From: Thermoanaerobaculia bacterium
GTDB lineage: Bacteria; Acidobacteriota; Thermoanaerobaculia; Multivoradales; UBA5704
Direction of reading: 5' to 3'
Length of the DNA stretch: 64,000 bases
Assembly: GCA_036264085.1 (NCBI GenBank)
Contig: DATARR010000045.1
Location: forward strand, 19,649-83,648
Shown here: piece by piece, positions 47,401 to 56,132 of the stretch
How the letters are laid out: every line of letters starts with the position of its first letter
Numbering within the stretch: position 1 is the first letter of the stretch
Position numbers and translations under genes: made by a program
The notes under the pieces: generated by a model
What the model was told of the DNA's origin: nothing
Databases searched by the model: none
Seen by the model: the letters and a program-made list of their open reading frames with translations, nothing else

Positions 47401-49185
47401 TCAAACCCGGGGACCTTTCCGCTTCGCGGGCGGCTTGAGCCTCTTCAGGAGGTTGCGGGCCTGCTCGGCCTGCGCCGGGTCGAGGACCGTCTCCGCCAGG
47501 GGCTCCAGGATGGCGATGGCGCCTTGGACGTCGCCCCGGTTGGCCAGCGCGACCGCCTGGTTGTAGCGTTCCACGAAGTGGTTGAAGTCCAGGATCTTGC
47601 GGATCTCTTCGACCCGCAGCTCGAGGGTGCGGCGCCGTTCGGGCCGGCGCGTGGTATCGCGCACCCGCTCCAGGAGAGGGAGCGCCTCCGCGACTTTGTC
47701 CTGGATGACCAGCTCTTCGGCGTGGCGGTACTCCTCGTCCAGCAGGGCTTCGCGGGCGTCGATCACCACGTCGGGATCGGCCCGGGGAGCGAGGACGTGC
47801 TCGATCAGCTCCTCGGCCTGGGCCAGGTGGCCGGTGCGGGCATAGACCACGGCGAGGTTGTGCACGACGTCCATGCGCGTGGGGAGGAGACGGTGGGCCG
47901 TCTCCAGGACGTGGACGGCGGTTTCGTCCAGCGACTCGTCGGCCTGATAGGTGTAGCCGAGGCGGGCCCAGGCTTCGCCGAAGTTGGGCCGCAGGGCGAC
48001 CGTCCGGGTCAGGACGGCGCGGGCCGCGCGCAGCGAGCCGGGGGTGGGGTCGTCCAGCAGACTCTGGGCGTAGCGGTACTGGACGATGAAATCGTCCGGT
48101 GCGAGCTTCGCGGCCTTCTCGTAGAGGGGGCGCGCCTCCTGGGGGCGATCGGCGAGCTCCGCGAGATAGCCGAGACCGCCGAGAGCGGCGCCGAAGTCCG
48201 GCCGCGCCGCCAGGGCGGCGCGGAAGTGCTCCTCGGCGGCGGCGCGGTGCTCGGGACCGAGGTTGGCGAGCAGGTCGCCGAGGCGGAAGAGGACGTCGGG
48301 CCAGGCCATGGGCCGGACCTGCATCGCGAGGTTCGCCTCCGGCTGGATGGGGCTGCGGGTGTAGTAGAAGGCGACGCTCTTGACGTAGGTGTGCACCTCC
48401 CGCTCCAGGGCCGCGGGATCGCTGCCGAAGACCTTGGGGAACGCCTCCTTGCCGGCGGTCCCGGCCCGGTCCAGGCGCAGGAGGTCGAGGAGCTGGTCCC
48501 GGCGCTGCGGGCTGCCGGAGAGGAGGTAGTGGGTCAGGGCCCAGGACTCGGCGTAGAAGGCGCCGCGGCGGGCCTTCTCGTTGTACTCCTTCGAATTCTC
48601 GTCCAGGGTGAAGAGCTGGGCGAGGGGGATCCAGGGGTTCTCCCGCAGCCAGCGCACGTGCTCGGGGATGGGCAGACCGACGAGGGCTTCGTTCTTGGAC
48701 GCCTCGAAAGTGCTGTAGTACTCGGCGAGCCCCTCGTGCAGCCACAGCGGCAGGTTGGCATTCCGGGTCACGTAGTGGATGTACTCGTGGTAGACGCGAG
48801 CCGTCTGGTTGCCCCGGTGACTGCCGTCGATGGCCACGTAATTTCCCTGGGATCGCGACATGAAGTAGCCGCCGGAATCCCGGGGCCTGCCTTCGTAGAG
48901 CTGCTGGTAGGGCCGGAAAGAGGACGCGTTCTTGAAGACGTAGAGCCAGGTCGGATAGGGAGCGTCGAGGGCGAGTCCCGGCGAGAGCTGCGACAGCGCA
49001 TCGCGCAGCCGTTCGAGGTCCGCGCCCGCCCGGCGGGTGTCTTTCTCGCCGGTCTCGCTGAACAGGGTGAAGTTGGCGGTGCGGACTTCGATCCAGGAGT
49101 CGTTCTTGGCGGGCAGGGCGTGCGCGGGGGGGGTGAGGAGGAGGGCGCTCAGAGCGCTGGCGAAGGCGAGGCGGGGGTGGTGCAT
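47401..49185 (-). CDS. Secreted putative zinc metallopeptidase (HEYIH) with C-terminal TPR repeats
   Basis: Signal peptide 'MHHPRLAFASALSALLLTPPAHA'. 'ARVYHEYIHYV' is an HEXXH motif, with 'WLHEGLAEY' downstream (peptidase MA / DUF1570-like). Several TPR units follow. Confidence 0.65.
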   Translation of the reverse strand: MHHPRLAFASALSALLLTPPAHALPAKNDSWIEVRTANFTLFSETGEKDTRRAGADLERLRDALSQLSPGLALDAPYPTWLYVFKNASSFRPYQQLYEGRPRDSGGYFMSRSQGNYVAIDGSHRGNQTARVYHEYIHYVTRNANLPLWLHEGLAEYYSTFEASKNEALVGLPIPEHVRWLRENPWIPLAQLFTLDENSKEYNEKARRGAFYAESWALTHYLLSGSPQRRDQLLDLLRLDRAGTAGKEAFPKVFGSDPAALEREVHTYVKSVAFYYTRSPIQPEANLAMQVRPMAWPDVLFRLGDLLANLGPEHRAAAEEHFRAALAARPDFGAALGGLGYLAELADRPQEARPLYEKAAKLAPDDFIVQYRYAQSLLDDPTPGSLRAARAVLTRTVALRPNFGEAWARLGYTYQADESLDETAVHVLETAHRLLPTRMDVVHNLAVVYARTGHLAQAEELIEHVLAPRADPDVVIDAREALLDEEYRHAEELVIQDKVAEALPLLERVRDTTRRPERRRTLELRVEEIRKILDFNHFVERYNQAVALANRGDVQGAIAILEPLAETVLDPAQAEQARNLLKRLKPPAKRKGPRV

Positions 49186-49200
49186 GCAACGAAAGAATAC

Positions 49201-49307
49201 CCAAGGAGAACACGGACGAACAAGGACGAACACGGACCAACACGGACGTGAACAGCGAAGATCGGCCGCTGTGCTTGAAGTCCTTGGTTTGTCCGTGTTC
49301 GTCCTTG
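49201..49307. repeat. Four direct CA(C/A)GGAC heptamers at exact 10-bp spacing plus three inverted copies; a 17-bp perfect inverted repeat lies within
   Basis: Direct copies at 49211, 49221, 49231 and 49241. Inverted GTCC(T/G)TG copies at 49280, 49291 and 49301. caaggacgaacacggac (49221-49237) is the reverse complement of 49291-49307. Confidence 0.85.
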
Positions 49308-49310
49308 CTC

Positions 49311-51839
49311 TCAGTCCCCCCGCCGCGGGTCCCCCCGCTCGCTGGCGGGCACCCGCCAGGTGACGCGGTAGGTTGTGGCGCCGCGCTCGAAGGCGAGGTC
49401 GCGCCATTCGAAGAGGCGGGCGAGGCGTTCGAGGATGCGGCGGCCGCCGTAGGACTCGCTGCGGTCGCGGACGGGGCCGCCGGGCGCGGTGGGGAGGTCG
49501 TTCTCGATCTCGAAGACGAGCTCCCGGCGCACCCGGTCGAGGGCGATGCGCAGCGCCGGCGTCGAGCCCGGCCGGCCGTGGCGGATGGCGTTGATCAGCA
49601 CCTCTCCCAGGAAGAAGCCGAAGCCCCCGCGCACCGGGCAGGAGAACCAGAGATCCTCCGGCCAGTCCATCTCCGTCGTGAAGACGGGCGCCGGCCCCGC
49701 GGGACACTCGGGCCGCTCGGAGAGCACGCCGTTGTCCCAGTGCAGGCGGGCGCGCAGGTCGGCGTCCCCGGCCGCCAGGGCGAAGACGCTCGCCAGACGC
49801 TCGATCGTCGTCCGCGCCTGGGCCGCCTCCACGGAGCTGTCCGGCGGCAAGGGCGGCTGGGCGTCCCAGTGGTCGAGCAGCCAGGCCGTGGTGCGCAGAC
49901 GGCGGTCGACGTAGCCGGCGAGCCAGGCCACGAATTCCGGGGTGGCAGCCGCTCCGGACGTGCTCCGCAGGCCGTGGGCGAGCACCCGGATCAGCGCGTC
50001 CACGCCGTGCGAGAGGAGGCCGGCGAGCTTGCGGCGCTCGTCCCGGCGGGTGTCGTCCTCCAGGTCCTCGGTGAGCAGGGCGAGGTCCACGTCCGGCTCC
50101 AGCACGAAGAGGACGCCGAGGCGGTGCCGCTCGTCCGCCTTCAGCGCCTCGATGGGCGCGGTCACGGCCACCGAGCGGACGATGGCGTAGCGCTCCTCCT
50201 CGCCGCCGTCCTCCCCCCGCACCCGCACCGGCACGCCGTAGGCCCGGCGCGGCTCGGGCCTCGCCACTTGCATGCGCTCGTAGTGGGCCCGCGCCCGCGG
50301 GTCCGGCGATACCATGTCGCCGAAGCGGGAGCCGGGAAGCACGCCCAGGTTCTCCGCCGCCTGATTCCCGAAGACGACTTCGTCAGTGTTGGGATCGACC
50401 ACCATCAGCGGCACCTGCATGGTGTTGAGAAGGTTCTGCTTTTCGGCCAGGGCGCCCTCGGCCTTTCCTTGAGCCCGCTCGGCCCGCCGCCGGTTGAGCT
50501 CGAAGCCCGCGAGGAGCGCCACCAGCATCACCGCCGAAAGCAGCACGGGCACCAGCGGCTGGTGGGACTGGGTCTTGGGAAACAGCACCACGAGCCAGGT
50601 GGTGGCCGCCACCTGGAAGGCCGCGACCGCGCCCTGACCCTCGACCACGCCGTGGAGCAGGTAGGGTGTGCTCTCGGCGGCGGTGCCGCCACCGGCCCGC
50701 TGCGCGGCGAGGGCGGAGACGGCGCTGCGCAGGGCCGCCGACCGGGAGCCCGGCAGACCGCCGAGGATGTCCGTCCAGGGGTGGGCTCCGGCCGGCGCCG
50801 CGGCGAGGTGGACGACGCCGGCCGTCATCGGCGGCTCGATGCCGCGGGCGAAGGCCTCCCAGTCGATGTCGAACGTCAGGTCGGCGCCCACCAGCCCGTG
50901 CTCGCCGGCGGCGGCGTCGCGCAGGGGGACGGTGATGGTGGCCACGAGCCCCTGGCCGCCGAGGTCGAGGTAGAGCCCCGAGTAGAAGGTCTGGTCCTCG
51001 GGCGTGCCGTAGTCGAAGCGGAAGTAGAACTCGTTGGAGACGAACGTCGGTCGCTCCGGCGAGCTGCGGAAGCCGCGCCCCTCGACGAGGGCGGCGCGGC
51101 GGCTCGCCTCGGGATCGAAGGGCCTGGCCGGGTCGTCAGCCATCGGCAGGGAGATCAGCGTGCCGTCCTCGGAGAGGGTGTAGAGGCGCACCACGCGCGG
51201 TGGCCGGCTCCCCGGCAGCGCCGGCAGCGGTTGCTCGGCCAGCACCCTGGGGAGTGCCGTGGCAAGCTCCAGGAGGTGCGGCGCGGTGAGGCCGAGAAAA
51301 CGGTTCGAAGGATTGGAGAGGTCCGCGAGGTTGCCGGACTCCAGGGCCGTGCGGCGCGTGATCACGAACCAGTGGCGGTCGAGCTCGAGGAAGCTCTGGG
51401 CGCGCAGGGCGGAGGCTCGGGGCGGATCGTGCAGCGGGTCCGGCGAGATGAGAACGGGGGAGACCGCGTCGGCGGGGCGCCGGACGGGGCTCGCCAGGAG
51501 CTGGCGCAACGGCGCGAAGAACGGCGGCACCGAGCGCGTGTCCTGCCACTCCGCCACCTCGCCGTAGAGCCGCGCCTTGACCGGGTCGGCGATGCGCTCC
51601 CGGTAGCGCCGCAGCTCGAAGTTGAGCCAGGCGGAGGCGCCCGGCGTTTCGAGGGGACGCGCCGGGACCTTCCCCTGCACGAGCTGGAAGATGACGTCCG
51701 ACCGGCTCTGGCCGATCCGCTGCTGCCACTCCTGCCGGATGGACATCGCGGCGAGCGCGACCAGGACGGCGAAGAGGAAGACGCCCAGGAAGAGCAGGCG
51801 GGAGCCCCAGCGGCGCGTGCGTTCCGGATCGGAGGTCAT
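49311..51839 (-). CDS. Membrane sensor kinase-like protein (Cache-like ectodomain, PAS, atypical H-box, HATPase-like C-terminus)
   Basis: TM, then an ectodomain of about 400 aa, then TM. PAS-like 'LLNTMQVPLMVVDPNTDEVVFGNQAAENLG'. H-box-like 'LAGLLSHGVDALIRVL'. N-box-like 'GEVLINAIRHG'. I prefer the start at 51839 over 51884, which would overlap the divergent gene. Confidence 0.6.
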   Translation of the reverse strand: MTSDPERTRRWGSRLLFLGVFLFAVLVALAAMSIRQEWQQRIGQSRSDVIFQLVQGKVPARPLETPGASAWLNFELRRYRERIADPVKARLYGEVAEWQDTRSVPPFFAPLRQLLASPVRRPADAVSPVLISPDPLHDPPRASALRAQSFLELDRHWFVITRRTALESGNLADLSNPSNRFLGLTAPHLLELATALPRVLAEQPLPALPGSRPPRVVRLYTLSEDGTLISLPMADDPARPFDPEASRRAALVEGRGFRSSPERPTFVSNEFYFRFDYGTPEDQTFYSGLYLDLGGQGLVATITVPLRDAAAGEHGLVGADLTFDIDWEAFARGIEPPMTAGVVHLAAAPAGAHPWTDILGGLPGSRSAALRSAVSALAAQRAGGGTAAESTPYLLHGVVEGQGAVAAFQVAATTWLVVLFPKTQSHQPLVPVLLSAVMLVALLAGFELNRRRAERAQGKAEGALAEKQNLLNTMQVPLMVVDPNTDEVVFGNQAAENLGVLPGSRFGDMVSPDPRARAHYERMQVARPEPRRAYGVPVRVRGEDGGEEERYAIVRSVAVTAPIEALKADERHRLGVLFVLEPDVDLALLTEDLEDDTRRDERRKLAGLLSHGVDALIRVLAHGLRSTSGAAATPEFVAWLAGYVDRRLRTTAWLLDHWDAQPPLPPDSSVEAAQARTTIERLASVFALAAGDADLRARLHWDNGVLSERPECPAGPAPVFTTEMDWPEDLWFSCPVRGGFGFFLGEVLINAIRHGRPGSTPALRIALDRVRRELVFEIENDLPTAPGGPVRDRSESYGGRRILERLARLFEWRDLAFERGATTYRVTWRVPASERGDPRRGD

Positions 51840-51864
51840 GACCGGACTCAGTATAGTAGCCGCC

Positions 51865-52896
51865 ATGAGCTGGGTCGGAGCCACGGGCTTCGCGCGGCGG
51901 CCGCTGGTCGTGGCCGAGGACCATCTGCATCACGTCTCGGAGCTGCTGGCCGTGCTGGCCGCGGCCGGCGCCGGACTGGTGGCGCAGACGACCGTGCTCT
52001 GCCTGGATCGGCCGGGGCCGGACACCACCCGCACCGCCGCCGGCTGGCTGGAGCGCTACCCAGGCTTGCAGGTCGCCGCCCGTTTCGACGGCGATGTGCC
52101 GGAGCTCCTCCGCCCCCGCCGCGCCATCCTCGACGCCGCCCTGTTCGAGAGCACCGAGAGCGCCAACCGTTTCGCCAAGACCCTCGCCGGCCTGCTCCGC
52201 CCGGGCGGCCTGCTGCTCCAGGACATCCAGCTCTCGACGCTCGCGTTCATCCCTCCGGACCGCTGGTGGGAGTCGATCTACCTCGCCACCACGGTGCGGG
52301 GGATGTTCGCCGAGAATCCGCCCACCGGCCGTTTCCTCTCCAACAAGCGGGGCTACGAGGCCACCTTCGGCCGTGATCTCCTCGACGCCGGTTTCGATCC
52401 GCGGGACGTGATGGACAAGAGCGAGCTTCAGGAGATGGTCCTGCCGGTGGTGCGGTCCTCGCTCGACCGTGCCTTTCCCCTGATCCTCCAGGTCCCCGGA
52501 TCCGGCGAGGCCTGGGTGGCGAAAACGGAGGAGGACCGGCGCGAGGTCGAGTCCGAGCTGGACCTGGTGGTGTGGCAGGGCTCCACGGTGGAGATCGGCG
52601 GCCGTCTCCTGCCACGGCTGTCCTGCAAGGCGGGGAGCCAGGAGGCGGTCACCTGGACCGCGCTGGTGGAGGACCGTCTGCGGGGCGGCGACGGGGTCCC
52701 CGTCCTGGACGTCGGAACGAGGATCGCGCCGGAGGGGGCCGGCCGGGCGGAGATCACCAACCTCGCCGCGCGGCACATCCACGGTCTGCGGGGCCGGCTG
52801 CGGGAGGGCGGAGCGATCGTGACCGCGCACCATGCGTACCGGCTCGCCGATGGGATTCGCATTGGCAGGGTGCAGCCGCGCAAAGCGGTGCCGTAG
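51865..52896 (+). CDS. Hypothetical regulator with a C-terminal OmpR/PhoB-type winged-helix-like region
   Basis: C-terminal 'VEIGGRLLPRLSCKAGSQEAVTWTALVE...ARHIHGLRGRLREGGAIVTAHHAYRL' resembles trans_reg_C. The N-terminal 'PLVVAEDH...VLCLDRPG' is only weakly receiver-like. Confidence 0.45.
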   Translation: MSWVGATGFARRPLVVAEDHLHHVSELLAVLAAAGAGLVAQTTVLCLDRPGPDTTRTAAGWLERYPGLQVAARFDGDVPELLRPRRAILDAALFESTESANRFAKTLAGLLRPGGLLLQDIQLSTLAFIPPDRWWESIYLATTVRGMFAENPPTGRFLSNKRGYEATFGRDLLDAGFDPRDVMDKSELQEMVLPVVRSSLDRAFPLILQVPGSGEAWVAKTEEDRREVESELDLVVWQGSTVEIGGRLLPRLSCKAGSQEAVTWTALVEDRLRGGDGVPVLDVGTRIAPEGAGRAEITNLAARHIHGLRGRLREGGAIVTAHHAYRLADGIRIGRVQPRKAVP

Positions 52897-52986
52897 AGAC
52901 GCCTTCCTCTACCTCCAGTTTTTGGGTACGGGAATGCGAAGGTCGCGGGATAGAGAGGCCCCCGGGCCTGCTCTTAACCTGCGGCC

Positions 52987-54501
52987 ATGACGAATCCACT
53001 GTTTGCCCGCAAACCCCTGAGCGTGCTGCTGGAAGAATTGAAGGGAGAGAACCGGCTGCGCCGGGTGCTCGGTCCCGTGCAGCTCACCAGCCTCGGCGTC
53101 GGCGCGGTGATCGGCGCCGGGATCTTCGTTTCCACCGGCGCGGTGGCCCGGCAGACGGCGGGGCCGGCCCTGACGCTCTCCTACGCCGTGGCCGGGCTCG
53201 TCTGCGTGTTCGCGGCGCTGTGCTACGCCGAGTTCGCCTCCATGGTGCCGGTGGCGGGCTCGGCCTACACGTATGCCTACGCCACGCTGGGTGAGCTGCT
53301 CGCCTGGATCATCGGCTGGGATCTCATCCTCGAATACGCTGTCAGCTCCGCCACCGTGGCCGACGGCTGGTCCGGCTACTTCCAGAGCGTCCTCAACGTC
53401 TTCGGCTGGAAGCTCCCCCACGCCATCGCCGGTCCGGTAGTGAACTACGACCCGCAGCTCGGACACGTGGTCGCCACGGGGTCCTATATCAACCTGCCGG
53501 CGGTCGCGATCGTCGTCCTGGTCACCGGCGTCCTGGTGATCGGCATTCAGGAGAGCGCCAGCGTCAACACGGCCCTGGTGGGAATCAAGGTGGCTGCGGT
53601 CCTCTTCGTGATCGGCGTGGGATTGTCCTACGTGAACCGCGCCAACTGGCACCCGTTCGCGCCCTTCGGCCTCACCGGCCTCCAGGTTTTTGGTCACACT
53701 CTCCTCGGCCAGAGCGACGCCGGGGGCAAGCCCGTGGGCATGCTCGCCGGCGCCGCTCTGGCCTTTTTTGCCTACATCGGTTTCGACTCGGTCTCCACCC
53801 ACTCCGAGGAGGCCAGGAACCCGCGGCGCGACGTGCCCATCGGCATCATCGTGTCGCTCGTGCTCTGCACGCTGCTTTATATCTGCGTCGTCGCCGTGCT
53901 CACCGGCATGGTGCCCTATGATCAGCTCGACGTCAACGCGCCGGTGGCCGACGCGTTCCGGCGCGTGGGGCTGCGCTGGGCCCAGTTCCTGATCGCTCTC
54001 GCCGGCATCGCGGGCATCACCTCCGTGCTGCTGGTGACGATGCTGAGCCAGGCGCGCATCCTGCTCGCCATCGCCCGCGACGGCCTGCTCCCGGCCGGCT
54101 TCTTCGCCGCGGTCCACGACCGCTTCCGCACGCCGTGGAAGTCGACGATCGTGACCGGAATCTTCGTGGGCTCGCTGGCGGCCTTCCTGCCCATCAGCGT
54201 GCTGCTGATGCTGGTCAACATGGGGACGCTGTTCGCTTTCGTGATCGTCTGCGCGGCCGTGCTCATCATGCGGCGCACGCACCCGGAGGCCGAGCGGCCG
54301 TTCCGTGTGCCGTTCGTGCCCGTGATCCCCATCGTGGGCATCGGGAGCTGTCTGCTGTTGATGTTCTCGCTGCCTTCGGAGAACTGGCTGCGGCTGATCG
54401 TCTGGCTGGCGATCGGCCTGATCATTTACTTCTCCTATGGCCGCAAGCACAGCAAGCTGAGGAGGCTGCGGGCCCGGGGCGAAGAGAGCGAGGCGGCATG
54501 A
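52987..54501 (+). CDS. APC-family amino acid permease
   Basis: 'LTSLGVGAVIGAGIFVSTG', 12 or more TM segments, and 'FAYIGFDSVSTHSEEARNPRRDVP' (APC consensus region). Confidence 0.85.
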   Translation: MTNPLFARKPLSVLLEELKGENRLRRVLGPVQLTSLGVGAVIGAGIFVSTGAVARQTAGPALTLSYAVAGLVCVFAALCYAEFASMVPVAGSAYTYAYATLGELLAWIIGWDLILEYAVSSATVADGWSGYFQSVLNVFGWKLPHAIAGPVVNYDPQLGHVVATGSYINLPAVAIVVLVTGVLVIGIQESASVNTALVGIKVAAVLFVIGVGLSYVNRANWHPFAPFGLTGLQVFGHTLLGQSDAGGKPVGMLAGAALAFFAYIGFDSVSTHSEEARNPRRDVPIGIIVSLVLCTLLYICVVAVLTGMVPYDQLDVNAPVADAFRRVGLRWAQFLIALAGIAGITSVLLVTMLSQARILLAIARDGLLPAGFFAAVHDRFRTPWKSTIVTGIFVGSLAAFLPISVLLMLVNMGTLFAFVIVCAAVLIMRRTHPEAERPFRVPFVPVIPIVGIGSCLLLMFSLPSENWLRLIVWLAIGLIIYFSYGRKHSKLRRLRARGEESEAA

Positions 54502-55748
54502 GCCGGCTGCGGGGTCTCGCCTCCGGGTTCGCTCGCACCTTCTGGGTGGCGAACGTGCTGGAGCTTTTCGAGCGCTTCGCTTTCTACAGCTCGAAGGCGG
54601 TGCTCACGATCTATCTCGCGCAGCGCGTGGGGCTGGGGCCGCAGGCGGCGGGATCGCTCGCCGGGCTGTTCTCGGGCGTGCTCTATTTCCTGCCCATCCT
54701 GGCCGGAACGGTGGTGGACCGCTACGGCTTCAAGCGCAGCCTGGCGGCGTGCTTTTCCATCTTCTGCGTCGGATATTTCCTGATCGGTCTGGCGGGGCTC
54801 CGGTTCGGCCAGTCGATCGTCGCCGCCGTGGGACGCTCCCCCTACGTCGTGGCCGTGCTGATGCTGACGGCGGTGGGCGGCTCGCTGATCAAGCCGTGCA
54901 TCGTCGGCACGGTGGCCCGCACCACCACGCCCGAGACCAAGTCGCTGGGATATTCGATCTATTACACGCTGGTCAACATCGGCGGCGCGCTGGGGCCGAT
55001 CCTGGCCCTGGAGGTGCGGCAGAGCCTGGGGATCGAGTACGTGCTGGTGGCGTCGTCGATCACCTCGTTCTGCTGTCTGCTGGGGACCCTCCTCTTCTTC
55101 CGTGAGCCGGCGCGCGAGCCCGGCGAGGCCGCGTCCACGTCGTTCGGCAAGGTTTTACGGGACATGGCCCTGGTCTTCCGCAACGCTCGCTTCCTGGGCT
55201 TCCTGGTGATCTTCTCGGGTTTCTGGATCATGTTCTGGCAGATCTTCTACTCGCTGCCGTTCTATCTCACCGAGTCTCTCCGCTTCGAGCGTTTCGAGCT
55301 GATCGAAACCGTGGACGCCTGGACGCTCATCGTGCTCACCGTGCCGGTGGCGGCGCTGGTGCGGCGCTGGCGGCCCATCCGCGCCATGGCGGCCGGTTTT
55401 TTCGTGGCCTCTTGCTCGTGGCTGCTCATCGCCGCGTTTCAGACCTGGCAGGCGGTGGTGGCGGCCATGGCCGTGTTCGCGCTGGGCGAGGCCATGCAGG
55501 CACCGCGCTTCTACGAGTACGTGGCCGACCTCGCGCCGCGCGACCAGGTGGGGACGTTCATGGGCTTCGCCTTCCTGCCGGTGGCGCTCGGCTCGGTGGT
55601 GGGCGGTGTCCTGGCCGGAGCGCTCGTGCAGCGGTTCATTCGCGGCTCGTCTCATCCCGGAGCCCTGTGGTGGGTGATCTCCGGCGTCGGCTTCGTGGCG
55701 ACCGGCGCCATGGTGCTCTATGACAGGTTCATGGGGAGAGGGGAGTGA
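54498..55748 (+). CDS. MFS transporter, POT/PTR2 (peptide:proton symporter)-like
   Basis: The start overlaps the upstream stop (ATGA). 'LELFERFAFYSSKAVLTIYL' resembles the PTR2 ExxERFxYY motif. About 12 TM segments. Confidence 0.65.
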   Translation: MSRLRGLASGFARTFWVANVLELFERFAFYSSKAVLTIYLAQRVGLGPQAAGSLAGLFSGVLYFLPILAGTVVDRYGFKRSLAACFSIFCVGYFLIGLAGLRFGQSIVAAVGRSPYVVAVLMLTAVGGSLIKPCIVGTVARTTTPETKSLGYSIYYTLVNIGGALGPILALEVRQSLGIEYVLVASSITSFCCLLGTLLFFREPAREPGEAASTSFGKVLRDMALVFRNARFLGFLVIFSGFWIMFWQIFYSLPFYLTESLRFERFELIETVDAWTLIVLTVPVAALVRRWRPIRAMAAGFFVASCSWLLIAAFQTWQAVVAAMAVFALGEAMQAPRFYEYVADLAPRDQVGTFMGFAFLPVALGSVVGGVLAGALVQRFIRGSSHPGALWWVISGVGFVATGAMVLYDRFMGRGE

Positions 55749-55780
55749 AAACGTGATCTTAGCCCAGGATCTCGAAACCT

Positions 55781-56071
55781 TTATGGCTGTGACCCTGGCG
55801 GATACGATACGCCGAGACCGTGCTTTCTGCGGATGGCTTCCCGGATGCCCTGCTTTGCTTCGGACGAGGAAGCGACACCATAACCCCCTGGCCCCAGATC
55901 CAGCTCCTTGTAGATCTCGTACGGGGTCCGCTGGGGATGCGCGGGCAACTGGTCGCGCAGGGCCAGTAGTCCCTGTTTGAAAACGGCGGAGATGGAGAGA
56001 CCGGTGCCCTTCACCAACTGCTCCAGCACCTCTTCAGTATCTTCGTCCAGACGTACGGTTCTCGATGCCAT
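55781..56071 (-). CDS. Ribbon-helix-helix antitoxin-like protein without a partner toxin
   Basis: 'MASRTVRLDEDTEEVLEQLVKGTGLSISAVFKQGLLAL' has the RHH pattern. Only 32 nt separate its stop from the convergent transporter gene. Confidence 0.55.
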   Translation of the reverse strand: MASRTVRLDEDTEEVLEQLVKGTGLSISAVFKQGLLALRDQLPAHPQRTPYEIYKELDLGPGGYGVASSSEAKQGIREAIRRKHGLGVSYPPGSQP

Positions 56072-56132
56072 CGGGTCCCACCTCCTTGTAAGACAGAGTG
56101 TATTACATCCGCTGCCTTGCCGTCCTGGGCGC

